53,812 bases of DNA, from NCBI GenBank assembly GCA_018646985.1, contig JABGTR010000028.1, positions 1 through 53,812 on the forward strand, written 5' to 3'. The translations under genes were made by a program, and so were the position numbers. The stretch is from Minisyncoccota bacterium. GTDB lineage: Bacteria > Patescibacteriota > Microgenomatia > UBA1400 > PJMF01. Positions within the stretch are counted from its first letter, which is position 1; each line of letters begins with the position of its first letter. The notes beneath the pieces are model-generated. The model was not told the DNA's origin and did not search any database. It worked only from the letters and a program-made list of their open reading frames with translations. Below are positions 19,207 through 28,650 of this stretch, piece after piece.

Positions 19207-19664
19207 CCTTTTTTTAATTGGATAGATAAATATCGATCTCTGCCCTCACCCTCAGATTTGCTTTCTAGGTCTGCAAAGCGCTCATCTTCAGCTAGGATAG
19301 TATGAGTTAAGAAACGATCATGAGCTGAAAGATATGAAAAAGTATAGCTTTCACCAGTCTCTAAAACTCGCTGAGCAATGTTAACAATTCTTTCTTTCAA
19401 CTGATCTTGGCGTTGCTCTCGATAGTCATTCACATTCAATTTAAATCTTTTTTCACCCAGTTCCTCATAAAAAGAAATTCTAATCATTCTTTGGATAGCT
19501 TGTAATGTCTCTCCGTGATAGCCAATAAATAAACCACTTTCTTCTTCTGGAAGAACGATTTTAGCGTTAATAGCTTCATCAGTTTTCTCCATCTCGACTT
19601 TAAACTGGTCATCAACCAAGCCTAAGTGTTGACAGATGCTAATTAAATATTCCTCTATTTTCAT
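19203..19664 (-). CDS. jag: Jag/KhpB-like KH-R3H RNA-binding protein (no Jag_N domain)
   Basis: GLFIGYHGETLQAIQ (KH), DRFLTH...SEGEGRDR (R3H); position after yidC. Confidence 0.85.
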   Translation of the reverse strand: MKIEEYLISICQHLGLVDDQFKVEMEKTDEAINAKIVLPEEESGLFIGYHGETLQAIQRMIRISFYEELGEKRFKLNVNDYREQRQDQLKERIVNIAQRVLETGESYTFSYLSAHDRFLTHTILAEDERFADLESKSEGEGRDRYLSIQLKKG

Positions 19665-19678
19665 AGTTTTCTCCTAAA

Positions 19679-20437
19679 TTATTTTCTATTTAACAGAGCT
19701 TGCGCTCTGACTAGGTAGGTTTTCAAACCACCCAAGCCACTAATAAAATATTGTTGACCAATGCTAAAGACAGTTGTCATAACCCAATAAACAGCTAATC
19801 CTGATGGGAACTTAGCCGCAATGAAGACGGTCATAATTGGCATCATGTACAACATTTGCTGTTGCATACTAGCCGCCATCCCAGCGGTATCTTCTTCTTT
19901 TTTATTTTCTTTTCTAATTTTCTTACTCTTAGATTTATTAGGAACAATGTCTCTCACTTCTCCTCCCGGAGAAATCATTAAAGATAAAATAAACTGAGAC
20001 ACTCCAGCTACTACTGGTAAAATGTATCTAGAATCTGGCTGAGTTAAGTCCAACCATAAAAAAGCCGAATTTATCCCATTCCCATCAATTACATCATGTC
20101 CTAAGAAGCTAATTAAAGCTCTGTAAAGAAAAATCAAAACAGCTAATTGAACCAACTGAGGAATACATCCAGAAAGAGGATTAACATTATATTTTTGATA
20201 AAGCTCCATTTGAGCTTTTTGCAAAGCTTTTTTATCTTTGCCATGTTTTTTCTTGAGCTTATTTACCTCTGGTTGGATATCAGTTATTTTTTTTCTAGCT
20301 TTTAAAGAGGGGAGTGTTAGCGGAACTAAAATTGACCTAATGATTAGAGTCATCACAATAATTGCTAAACCTAAGCTACCAGTAAATTGATATAAGAATA
20401 ATAAAATTTCAAAAAAGGAATCAGTGAAAAACTGCAT
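19679..20437 (-). CDS. yidC: Membrane protein insertase YidC (short, monoderm type)
   Basis: GLAIIVMTLIIR, IQPEV, NPLSGCIP, FLWLDL, PSGLAVYW. Confidence 0.95.
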   Translation of the reverse strand: MQFFTDSFFEILLFLYQFTGSLGLAIIVMTLIIRSILVPLTLPSLKARKKITDIQPEVNKLKKKHGKDKKALQKAQMELYQKYNVNPLSGCIPQLVQLAVLIFLYRALISFLGHDVIDGNGINSAFLWLDLTQPDSRYILPVVAGVSQFILSLMISPGGEVRDIVPNKSKSKKIRKENKKEEDTAGMAASMQQQMLYMMPIMTVFIAAKFPSGLAVYWVMTTVFSIGQQYFISGLGGLKTYLVRAQALLNRK

Positions 20438-20446
20438 AAGTGATGT

Positions 20447-20638
20447 TTACCAACAAGTTAATAATCTTTTAAAACCCTTCCAAAGTCCTCTGATTGTACC
20501 ATCTTTTTGCACGCACTGAAGTGTATATTCACTGCATTTAGGCGAGTGATGGCAGTATGAGCTATAACCAAATACACTTACCAATAAAGTATGTTTGAAA
20601 ACTGTTAGTGAACGATAAAATAAGTAGAGTAACTTCAT
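20447..20638 (-). CDS. yidD: Membrane protein insertion efficiency factor YidD
   Basis: CHHSPKCSEY...G...KRLLTC; lies between rnpA and yidC. Confidence 0.85.
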   Translation of the reverse strand: MKLLYLFYRSLTVFKHTLLVSVFGYSSYCHHSPKCSEYTLQCVQKDGTIRGLWKGFKRLLTCW

Positions 20639-20645
20639 TTCAAGA

Positions 20646-20975
20646 CTATTTATCTAGTTTAGAGAAAATATTATTAATATTTTCAAATATTTCTTCTCTA
20701 GAAGCAGTTGTTATGCTCTTGTTAATCACAAAAACTAATTCTAGTCCCTTTGATTTTCTCAGAAGAGGTAAACATAGGCTATAAATCTGACGCTTCATTT
20801 GAGTTCTATTCACCCTCAACTTAATTATCTTCTTTGGTACCACCACCACTACCTTAGTGTTATTACCATCATGGCGGCGATAAAAAACTAGGAAATATTT
20901 AGAGAAATAGCGCTTGCAGCTACTGAAATAGCCGCTTATTTTTCTCAGTCTAAGTTTATAAATTTTAGGAATCAT
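20646..20975 (-). CDS. rnpA: Ribonuclease P protein component
   Basis: Basic 109-aa protein; VVVPKK...VNRTQMKRQI (divergent RNR motif); synteny rpmH-rnpA-yidD-yidC. Confidence 0.8.
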   Translation of the reverse strand: MIPKIYKLRLRKISGYFSSCKRYFSKYFLVFYRRHDGNNTKVVVVVPKKIIKLRVNRTQMKRQIYSLCLPLLRKSKGLELVFVINKSITTASREEIFENINNIFSKLDK

Positions 20976-21000
20976 TAAGGATATTATAAGAAATCAAACC

Positions 21001-21138
21001 CTAGACAGATAGGCTCGACCGACCTTTAGCTCGACGACGCTTGATAGTGTTTTGACCATCATGAGTGCTCATCTTTGCTAAAAAACCATGTTTTCTGGCT
21101 CGTTTTTTCTTTTTAGGTTGATTAGTTCTCTTCGACAT
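21001..21138 (-). CDS. rpmH: 50S ribosomal protein L34 (absent from the ORF track)
   Basis: Manual translation [45 protein letters not shown] (45 aa). Confidence 0.96.
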   Translation of the reverse strand: MSKRTNQPKKKKRARKHGFLAKMSTHDGQNTIKRRRAKGRSSLSV

Positions 21139-21158
21139 AGGTGCAGAATTATAACATA

Positions 21159-22268
21159 CTACTCATTAACCCTAAAAGGCATCACCACATATTGATAATT
21201 TTCTTGATTATCAGGCCTCATCATGGCTGGGGTTAAACTCTCATTCATGAGAAATTTTATTTTTTCTGGCTTTAGAGTAGACATAAAGTCCAATAAATAT
21301 TTAGAGTTAAAAGCAATCTCGCCTTCTTCACCATCATTCACCTCAATATTCATTTTTCCCTCATGCTTTCCATAGGAAGAAGAGACTGCGGTAATAAGCA
21401 ACTCATTTTTAGAAAACTTTAAGCGAATAATGTTAGATGATTCTCGAGCGAAAATCTGAGCTCTTTTAAGCTGATTCTCAAACTCAGCTCCATCTAATTC
21501 AGCCTCAAACAAATACTGAGTGGGGATAATCTTGTTAAATGGAGGATATTCTCCTTCTATCAACCTTACAAAAAGTTGAGTTGAACCTATTTCCATCACT
21601 AATTGTTTTAATTCCTCAGATATTTTTAAAGAAACAACTTCTACATCTTGAGTAGAAGTTATCTTAGTAACTTCATTAATCGCCTTTGCCGGAACTAGAA
21701 ATTGGACATTCGAGTCCATTTTTTCGGCAGGCAATTTCAAAGTAGACAACCTAAACCCGTCTGTACCAACAACTAATAATCCATCTTGATCAAATTGGAA
21801 TAATAAAGATGTTAAAACTGGTCTAGTCGGGTCAATTGAAGTACTAAAGCCCACCATTTTTTGAATATTTTCCAAACTAACTGTGCTAAGTGAGTGAGTC
21901 TCACCATTCATAACTGGAAAATCAGGGAAATCAGTAGCATCTAAGCATTGAATGGTAGTTTTATTGTTCTGCGAATTAATAGTTAAAGTATTTTCTTTTA
22001 ATGACAGAGTTAACTTGCCAGGATTAAGTGAATTAATACTGCTGTAAAAAATCTTACCTGGAATAGCTAACTTACCAGTTTCGATTATTTTTCCAGATAT
22101 TGTAGTTTTAATTCCTACATATAAATCTGTTGCTGAGAGAGTGATATTGCTTTTAGAAACGTCTATTAAAATTGAAGAGAGAATAGGTAATTGAGGCTTA
22201 TTAGGAATAATCCGATGAAGCTGAGTTAGAGCAGTGTTTAAATTTTCTTGTAAGATTTCTAGTTTCAT
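21159..22268 (-). CDS. dnaN: DNA polymerase III beta sliding clamp
   Basis: [40 protein letters not shown]. Confidence 0.97.
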   Translation of the reverse strand: MKLEILQENLNTALTQLHRIIPNKPQLPILSSILIDVSKSNITLSATDLYVGIKTTISGKIIETGKLAIPGKIFYSSINSLNPGKLTLSLKENTLTINSQNNKTTIQCLDATDFPDFPVMNGETHSLSTVSLENIQKMVGFSTSIDPTRPVLTSLLFQFDQDGLLVVGTDGFRLSTLKLPAEKMDSNVQFLVPAKAINEVTKITSTQDVEVVSLKISEELKQLVMEIGSTQLFVRLIEGEYPPFNKIIPTQYLFEAELDGAEFENQLKRAQIFARESSNIIRLKFSKNELLITAVSSSYGKHEGKMNIEVNDGEEGEIAFNSKYLLDFMSTLKPEKIKFLMNESLTPAMMRPDNQENYQYVVMPFRVNE

Positions 22269-22542
22269 GTTTATATTATATCTAATTAGTTTTAGTAGTA
22301 ATAGGGAGTGTTGGTAAGTAGTAAAAGTGGAGTCTGTAAATCGAGTATTTTAATAAATTTAGGCTGTGGAAAAAGTTGGTTGGAAGTGTTGAAATATGCG
22401 GTGGAAAATAAATGAATAATTTGGTGAAAAGTCAGTTTTAGATGCTTGTTAACAAAGTTTTCCATTTTTATTAAGTACTTATTAACGTAGTTTTCAACAG
22501 ACTTATTAACAATTGTTGAAAACATTATCATCTCAATTGTGT
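22269..22542. other. oriC: Replication origin oriC (dnaA-dnaN intergenic region)
   Basis: DnaA-box-like 9-mers TGTGGAAAA (22365), TGTTGAAAT (22387), GGTGGAAAA (22400), TGTTAACAA (22447), TTTTCAACA (22491), TTATTAACA (22503), TGTTGAAAA (22514); trio-like TAGTAGTAATAG (22293-22304) next to an AT-rich tract. Confidence 0.85.
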
Positions 22543-24015
22543 TTACCTCGAGCCCGCGAGAGACATTCTAATGGCTGATACCTCTTGTTGAATGTAATCA
22601 TCCTCTTGAATTAATCCTTGAATTTTATGATAAGCATGGAGAACTGTAGAGTGATCTCTTCCAGAGAACCATCTTCCTATTTCAGCATAAGATTCACCGA
22701 GATCTTCTTTGCAAATATACATGGCCACATGTCTAGAGAGGGCAATCTTTTTCTTGCGACTTTTACCTTTTACTGCTTGTTGCTTGAGGTGGTAGTGGTC
22801 AGAGACAGTTTTGATAACATCATTTATTTTGACGTTAAGTTTGGGTCTTTTTTGATCGGCTTCAGTGATTAGAGTTCTCTCAATTAGCTCAAGACTAAGC
22901 TCTTTTCCTCTGAGTTCAATTGCAGATTTAAGAGTATTGAGAATACCACCTATTTTTCTAGCACTGTCGACACGAGCGGCAATCATTTTCGCCATCTCAA
23001 TTGAGACAGGAATGTTTAGTGACTTGGATTTAATTAGCAAAATAGCTGTTCTCAGCTCAAATGAGGGTTGTTGAATATCGATCATTAGTCCCGCTTCAAG
23101 GCGTGACCTAAGTCGACTCTCTAAAAGTAAAATCTCATGAGGAGGTCTATCTGAAGTTAAGACGATTTGCTTGTGGTTTTTAGCCAAGGCGTTGAAAGTA
23201 TGGAAAAATTCTTCTTGGACACTATTTTTTCCAGCTATGAACTGTACATCATCTAGAAGTAAAACATCTGCATTGCGATAACGACTCTTAAAATTAATTG
23301 TTTTTTTTGTCTGAATAGCATTGATGATTTGATTGGTAAACTCTTCTCCAGTTGAATAGACTATTTTGGAGCTAGGATTAGCTAATAGAATATTGTGGCC
23401 GATAGCTTGCATAAGGTGGGTTTTACCTACTCCCACGCCTCCATAGAGGAAGAGAGGATTGTATGATTCACCTGGATTTTGGGAAACAGCCGTTGCTGCC
23501 GCATGGGCCATTTCATTACTGGAAGAAACAGCAAAATTTTCAAACACATAATCTTTTTGTAGACCGACTGTTTTAGCTCGAACTTGAGCTTGGTTTTTCT
23601 CTACCGATTGAGCATTGGCCTCCGAAAATAGATCTTCAACTCGAGGTGATTGCGTTGATGGTTGAGCCTGGTTTGATTTAATTGGTTGCTGGGAATTGTG
23701 AGTAGATGTCTTATTTTCATTTCTTCTTAGCATGGGATTTCCAACTTGGTAATCAATCTGAACTGATTTTCCAGTCACTCCTGATAAGACTTTGGTGAGA
23801 TGAGCCCCAAACTTACCTTTGAGGTTGGTGGCGTGAAATCCAGTGGGACTAACAATAGTGGCAGTTATTTTTTGACCAGTAGCTGAAATTTGAATTAGAG
23901 GATTGGGGAGGATCCAAGTATTGAAAACTCCTTGGCTTAGCTCTAACTCAAGTTGAGCACAAGCTGTTTGCCAAACTTCTTTAACTTTTTCATTCGACCA
24001 CTCTTGAGTAGACAC
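22543..24015 (-). CDS. dnaA: Chromosomal replication initiator DnaA
   Basis: YNPLFLYGGVGVGKTHL, LLLDDVQF, QEEFFHTFN, RLRSR, GRDHSTVLHA; GTG start. Confidence 0.98.
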   Translation of the reverse strand: MSTQEWSNEKVKEVWQTACAQLELELSQGVFNTWILPNPLIQISATGQKITATIVSPTGFHATNLKGKFGAHLTKVLSGVTGKSVQIDYQVGNPMLRRNENKTSTHNSQQPIKSNQAQPSTQSPRVEDLFSEANAQSVEKNQAQVRAKTVGLQKDYVFENFAVSSSNEMAHAAATAVSQNPGESYNPLFLYGGVGVGKTHLMQAIGHNILLANPSSKIVYSTGEEFTNQIINAIQTKKTINFKSRYRNADVLLLDDVQFIAGKNSVQEEFFHTFNALAKNHKQIVLTSDRPPHEILLLESRLRSRLEAGLMIDIQQPSFELRTAILLIKSKSLNIPVSIEMAKMIAARVDSARKIGGILNTLKSAIELRGKELSLELIERTLITEADQKRPKLNVKINDVIKTVSDHYHLKQQAVKGKSRKKKIALSRHVAMYICKEDLGESYAEIGRWFSGRDHSTVLHAYHKIQGLIQEDDYIQQEVSAIRMSLAGSR

Positions 24016-24070
24016 AGCTGCTTCTTTCTATATTAGTTAATTATGCGGACAGGCGTTGGGAGGTGATGTA

Positions 24071-24100
24071 GTTATACACAGAGTTTTCCACAATTGGCAA
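24071..24100 (-). promoter_or_regulatory. dnaA promoter with two DnaA boxes
   Basis: TTATACACA (24072-24080) and TTTTCCACA (24084-24092) both match TTWTNCACA and overlap a minus-strand TTGCCA-N18-TATAAC. Confidence 0.75.
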
Positions 24101-24126
24101 GAGCAAATTTAAGGTTATGGCTAAAA

Positions 24127-26247
24127 TTATTTATTGTCTTTAAACACTTCAGGGGGAGTGTACTGATCAACCGTATAGCGAACCCGATTTGTTTTTTTAG
24201 GAGCATTATTGGGCTTGGTGATTTTCTGCTCACTTCTATTAACATCTTCAACCTTATCTTGTTTCTGGACATTTTCCCTGGGACTATCAATTGTCTTTTT
24301 CTTACCATCATCTTCTCTTTGATAGTAATCCTTGGGGGCCTCTTTCTTCTTTTCTGGTGGTTTAGGCTTAGGTTTGTTTGTTTTAAGGAGTGATTTTTCC
24401 CTAGGAAATTTAATTTTTTTAACCCCAGTCGAAGTTTTTGCAATTTCTTTCTTGACTATTTCTTCTGGATTGGTGGTGATAATTGCATCTTCATCTTCAC
24501 TAGCAACAACTCGGAGCGCGACATGATTCTGACCAGCAAAAAATATTCCCTCACCCACATCTGCGGCCATTACCAATTGTCTCTCTCCCTCAGAGAGATA
24601 GAAAGTCTCAGTGAGTGTTTGCATGGAGGCAGTGGATTGCTTCATCAAAAACTGGATTGAAGAGTTACTCACAATGGCTTTCCCATATTCATTTTGTAAA
24701 AAGTCTTCTACATCTTGAGTAATTGTAGTGATACCCAAATAGTACTTTCGAGCTCTCTTGGCCATGCTATGAATAAAGCTGGCTGAGTCTTTATGCTTCA
24801 TGAAGTACCAGGCTTCATCAATAATTAAAATTCTCTTTTTAAGTTCTTTTTTGACTCTAGTCCAGATGAAGTCAAGAATAATGTACATCGCAATCGGTCT
24901 CAGTTCTTCCTCCATCTCTTTTACAGAAAAAACAGTAAACTGATTGGTGATGTCTATGTTTGAGGCATGATCGAAAATACCTCTGAATGAACCAGTGATA
25001 AATTTTTCTAGGCGCATCGATAGATCATCAGCCGCATCGTCTTCAAAACCAATTAAGGCTTTATAGAGGTCTTCCATTAATGGCGGTTGGTTAGTCTGCG
25101 TAGCTGGATCAGGGGTAATTCCCTTAGCTTTGTAGGCAGCAACCAAGGCTCTATCTAAAATTGCTTCCTGTCTAGAGGTCATATCTCCCAACATTATTTT
25201 TAGTAATCCATGTAGAGAAATTATTTTTTGACCCAGTTCGTTTTCTCCTTCTCTGTAGACAGCAGAAAGATCAAAGGGGTTTATTTTTGCATCAGATCCG
25301 AAAGTGAAATTAATGTACTCGCCGCCAACTGCATTGGAGAGATCCTCGTACTCATGTTCTGGATCGAGTACGATTACTTCAGTTCCAAACATGACTTGGC
25401 GTAAAATTTCTAGTTTAACAGTATATGACTTACCTGCACCAGATTTGGCGAAAATAACCATGTTGGCATTTTCCATCTTAAAACGATCAAAAATGACTAG
25501 TGATTCATTGTGTTCATTGATTCCATAGACAATTCCGGACTCCATCGTTAACTCAGATGAAGTGAATGGGAAAGTTGTTGCTAGGGAAGTGGTATCCATA
25601 TTCCTAGTGACCCCCAGCTTATCTATTCCCATTGGTAGAGTGGTCTTAAAACCCTCGCCCATTTGCAAGGTTGCTTTTTTAGAAACAATTAGTAATGAAC
25701 CCAGGGTTGACTGGACAGATGAAGTAACTTTATTTAACTCCTTGAGTGAGCTAGCCTTGATAGTTACATAAAGACCAAATTGGAAAAATCTCTCAGCTCC
25801 TTTAGCGAGTTGTTCACGAATAACCCTAGCATCCTCTAGCTTAACCTCAGTATTAATGTTGCTGATTTTACCGGCTCTTAGATCAGATTGAATCTCAGCT
25901 TCCATTTCAGTTATTTTCCTTTTCAGGTTGTCTAAAATTTCTTTAGAATCAACTGGGAAAACAAACATCGAGGTATTGATCTGATGAGGGAAGTTAATCA
26001 ATGGTGATAACCAGTTAGCCGGTACAACTCGAGGATATCCAGCTACAAATAGAGTTCTGGTGTAAGTGGAGTTGATTTTTTGATAAGTAAAATCAACCTC
26101 GATCGCTTCTGGAGCGATGATATCTTGGATAGTAACTAAGCCACGACTAAACTCCTCTATTCTTTCTAGATTTTGTTTGTCTTTATTTGCGACTTGTTCT
26201 TCTTCATCGCCTTTTTTCTTAAATAGTGAGGGCAGCTTGAAGGACAT
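24127..26247 (-). CDS. virB4: VirB4-like type IV secretion ATPase
   Basis: RNMDTTSLATTFPF, YGINEHN, Walker A AKSGAGKS, LDPEHEY, INPFD, Walker B IIDEAW, RARKY, ITQDV. Confidence 0.88.
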   Translation of the reverse strand: MSFKLPSLFKKKGDEEEQVANKDKQNLERIEEFSRGLVTIQDIIAPEAIEVDFTYQKINSTYTRTLFVAGYPRVVPANWLSPLINFPHQINTSMFVFPVDSKEILDNLKRKITEMEAEIQSDLRAGKISNINTEVKLEDARVIREQLAKGAERFFQFGLYVTIKASSLKELNKVTSSVQSTLGSLLIVSKKATLQMGEGFKTTLPMGIDKLGVTRNMDTTSLATTFPFTSSELTMESGIVYGINEHNESLVIFDRFKMENANMVIFAKSGAGKSYTVKLEILRQVMFGTEVIVLDPEHEYEDLSNAVGGEYINFTFGSDAKINPFDLSAVYREGENELGQKIISLHGLLKIMLGDMTSRQEAILDRALVAAYKAKGITPDPATQTNQPPLMEDLYKALIGFEDDAADDLSMRLEKFITGSFRGIFDHASNIDITNQFTVFSVKEMEEELRPIAMYIILDFIWTRVKKELKKRILIIDEAWYFMKHKDSASFIHSMAKRARKYYLGITTITQDVEDFLQNEYGKAIVSNSSIQFLMKQSTASMQTLTETFYLSEGERQLVMAADVGEGIFFAGQNHVALRVVASEDEDAIITTNPEEIVKKEIAKTSTGVKKIKFPREKSLLKTNKPKPKPPEKKKEAPKDYYQREDDGKKKTIDSPRENVQKQDKVEDVNRSEQKITKPNNAPKKTNRVRYTVDQYTPPEVFKDNK

Positions 26248-27462
26248 TTATTGAGTTGGTTTTTCCGTCATTTGATTTATGGTTTCATTAATGTTTTCTT
26301 GAGTGCTATCAACACTGGGAACTGCCCCATCTGCGGAGGCGTTCTCAACCGGAGTAGAGACAGCTGGAGCCGCTGGAGTTGGTGTTGGCATAGTTGGTGT
26401 TGGCATTGGATTAGCAGCTGGTGCAGGCATGGCTGGAGCCACTGGATCAATAGTTGGCGCAGTCGGAGTAGGCATAGCCGGAGCTACTGGAGCAACTGGG
26501 TCAATTGAAGGAGCAACCGGGGTTGTTGCTGGTGATACATTTGCTACAGCTGGCTTTTGTAAAACTGGTGACTCACTAATATTTACTCCTACTGGAGCGG
26601 AGTTATTCTCTGCTACCTCAGCTACTGGTTGAACAGGAGTAGCTGGAGCTACAGGATCAATAGTTGGTGCAACTGGATCTGCTGCCGGAGTAGTAGCAGG
26701 AGTAGGTTCTGGTTGAGTGGTTGAACTCATATCAGTGGGCTGCACTGAGTCTTGGACTTGATCATTCATATAATTTCCTCTTATCTGAGCTTGCACCAAG
26801 GCTGTGGTGTAATTCTCACTATTTGTTATTTGTTGACCCTCGCTGGCCTCAGGGTTGTAATTAGTATAAAACAATCTAATAATTTCTTCTGTTGATAACT
26901 GTTTTGCATAAAGACCAATCCGATTGAATTGAGCAATCATATGATCTCTTTTAGGATCAAGCAGGTTTTTTGCTTTTTCTAAGATAACACTTTTTTCAAC
27001 ACCATCGATGGATTGCTCCTTAAAACCAGAGATAAGATCTTGAGTTGGAGTGAGACCCATTTCTAAAGAACTTGCTGGAATGATGACAAAGAATTTTTTA
27101 TCTAGGACATTTCTTTCTCTGATTAAATCACTCACAAACTTACTGTAGCGTCTAATCCATGACTGTTTCAGCTTATCCTTGGTTTTTTTAACTCTTTCAT
27201 CCAATAGGTTTAGATAAGAAGAGGCATCTTTAGTTTGAGATTGAATTAAAATTTGAATGGGGTAGTTGATGGAGTTTAATAATCCCGCATAAGCATAAAT
27301 AACAGCATCTTGCTCTTGTTCTGCCAGTAGCCCGAAGTTCATGGCATTAACGGTTAAAATAACTGATGCAGAACCATTTTTAAGAATAACGATGTCATTA
27401 ATTATGTCGTAAATATCTAAGAAGTTTTGGCTGGTGGAGGAGATGGTCTTTGGATCAGGCAT
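26248..27462 (-). CDS. VirB4-associated protein with long Pro/Ala/Thr-rich tail
   Basis: N-terminal ~230 aa (NFGLLAEQEQDAVIYAYAGLLNS) of the type found between prgI and virB4 in CPR; low-complexity tail with AP(T/S)IDPVAP three times. Confidence 0.65.
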   Translation of the reverse strand: MPDPKTISSTSQNFLDIYDIINDIVILKNGSASVILTVNAMNFGLLAEQEQDAVIYAYAGLLNSINYPIQILIQSQTKDASSYLNLLDERVKKTKDKLKQSWIRRYSKFVSDLIRERNVLDKKFFVIIPASSLEMGLTPTQDLISGFKEQSIDGVEKSVILEKAKNLLDPKRDHMIAQFNRIGLYAKQLSTEEIIRLFYTNYNPEASEGQQITNSENYTTALVQAQIRGNYMNDQVQDSVQPTDMSSTTQPEPTPATTPAADPVAPTIDPVAPATPVQPVAEVAENNSAPVGVNISESPVLQKPAVANVSPATTPVAPSIDPVAPVAPAMPTPTAPTIDPVAPAMPAPAANPMPTPTMPTPTPAAPAVSTPVENASADGAVPSVDSTQENINETINQMTEKPTQ

Positions 27463-27494
27463 AGGCAGGAATCATATTTAATATTAGCAGATTT

Positions 27495-28592
27495 TTATCT
27501 TAAACCTCTAACTTCTATCGGTTCAACCAAATCATTATTTAGGATAACCTCTTGTGAGTTAAATTGATATCTGGGATGTGTAATTTTAATATTATAGCTG
27601 CCATTTTTAAGTGGGGTACTGATGAAAAATTGACCTAGGGCATTGCTTTTAACTGCTCTCACCACTCTGTTTTGTTCATCTTTTATTGCTACGACTGCCT
27701 CTGGAATCAGCTCATTATTAGCAGTCAAAACCATCCCCACTAATTTATTGGGTACAGTTGGTTTGCTGGGAAATGGTAGTGAAGCATTGAAAACAGCTGC
27801 ATCTTGGTCTGAACTATCTTGATTACTAGTATCTGAGTTAGTGGCATAGGCTCCTTGCTGAAGGTTAGAACTATCTTTGCTCTCTTGATCTAAAAGACTA
27901 TGTACCTCAGCATTGGTGGTCTCAGTAACCGGAACACCTATTTTTTGGGCAACTTGATTGGTTTTTAAGATTGTTTTTGATTCTGGTTCAGTATTCTGGT
28001 CGTAAACCAACACTTCTTTTTCAAGAGATGTCTTTTCTAGACTTCTAGTTCTTACTTTTAAATTTGGTTTTTCTATTTGTTTGACCACTTCCACTTCATC
28101 GGGAACTACTTCATCAAAAGCTTGCATGATCTCTTTTATCCTGCTCTGTCTGTTTCGATCATAGCTATCTGGATAGTTGGAGATGGACTTTGTTGAAGCC
28201 AAATACTCTTTAATCCTTTTTCTTCTAATTGGGGTTAAATCTACGTCGTCTTTTTTTTCCATAACTCCCTGACCAACCTCAAAAAGAAATAAATCTGGAA
28301 TCTTAGAGGATTTCTCCCAGAAAAATTTTGTTGGTCGGTAGAGAGTTTTGAAAAAAGTGGTAATCCAGTGATTAAGTGGTCTTTCCTCAATTGGTAGAAA
28401 TGCTGCTGCTGCACCCAGTAACCCAGCAATGAAAATTAATGGCCACTTGATAGCCGGAGGTAGATTGGTCGCATAGATAATTAATCCCAGAATTGCTCCT
28501 AAAGCTAGCTCTGTAAATTGCTTGAGCGTCATGCTACCAACAATATGAAAACGATAGCCAACAATATCCTGTGGAATAGGATGTTCTCTCAT
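27495..28592 (-). CDS. PrgI-family (VirB3-like) protein with C-terminal beta-sandwich domain
   Basis: HPIPQDI...GSMTLKQF, two TM helices, ERPLNHW; carboxypeptidase-regulatory-like tail (KSNALGQF...NGSYNI). Confidence 0.8.
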   Translation of the reverse strand: MREHPIPQDIVGYRFHIVGSMTLKQFTELALGAILGLIIYATNLPPAIKWPLIFIAGLLGAAAAFLPIEERPLNHWITTFFKTLYRPTKFFWEKSSKIPDLFLFEVGQGVMEKKDDVDLTPIRRKRIKEYLASTKSISNYPDSYDRNRQSRIKEIMQAFDEVVPDEVEVVKQIEKPNLKVRTRSLEKTSLEKEVLVYDQNTEPESKTILKTNQVAQKIGVPVTETTNAEVHSLLDQESKDSSNLQQGAYATNSDTSNQDSSDQDAAVFNASLPFPSKPTVPNKLVGMVLTANNELIPEAVVAIKDEQNRVVRAVKSNALGQFFISTPLKNGSYNIKITHPRYQFNSQEVILNNDLVEPIEVRGLR

Positions 28593-28650
28593 AAATATAT
28601 GGTAGCAGGTTTAAGTTGGGGAGTGGAGTGGTGGGTGGCTGGGGAACAAG

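Noticed and set aside
22292-22531. 79-aa ORF between dnaA and dnaN
   Set aside because: Coincides with the DnaA-box cluster; the peptide (FST, VEN, VNK) is what translated DnaA boxes give
26248-26720. Repetitive DNA as a CRISPR array or VNTR
   Set aside because: Repeats are degenerate, codon-phased and explained by the Pro/Ala/Thr-rich protein tail
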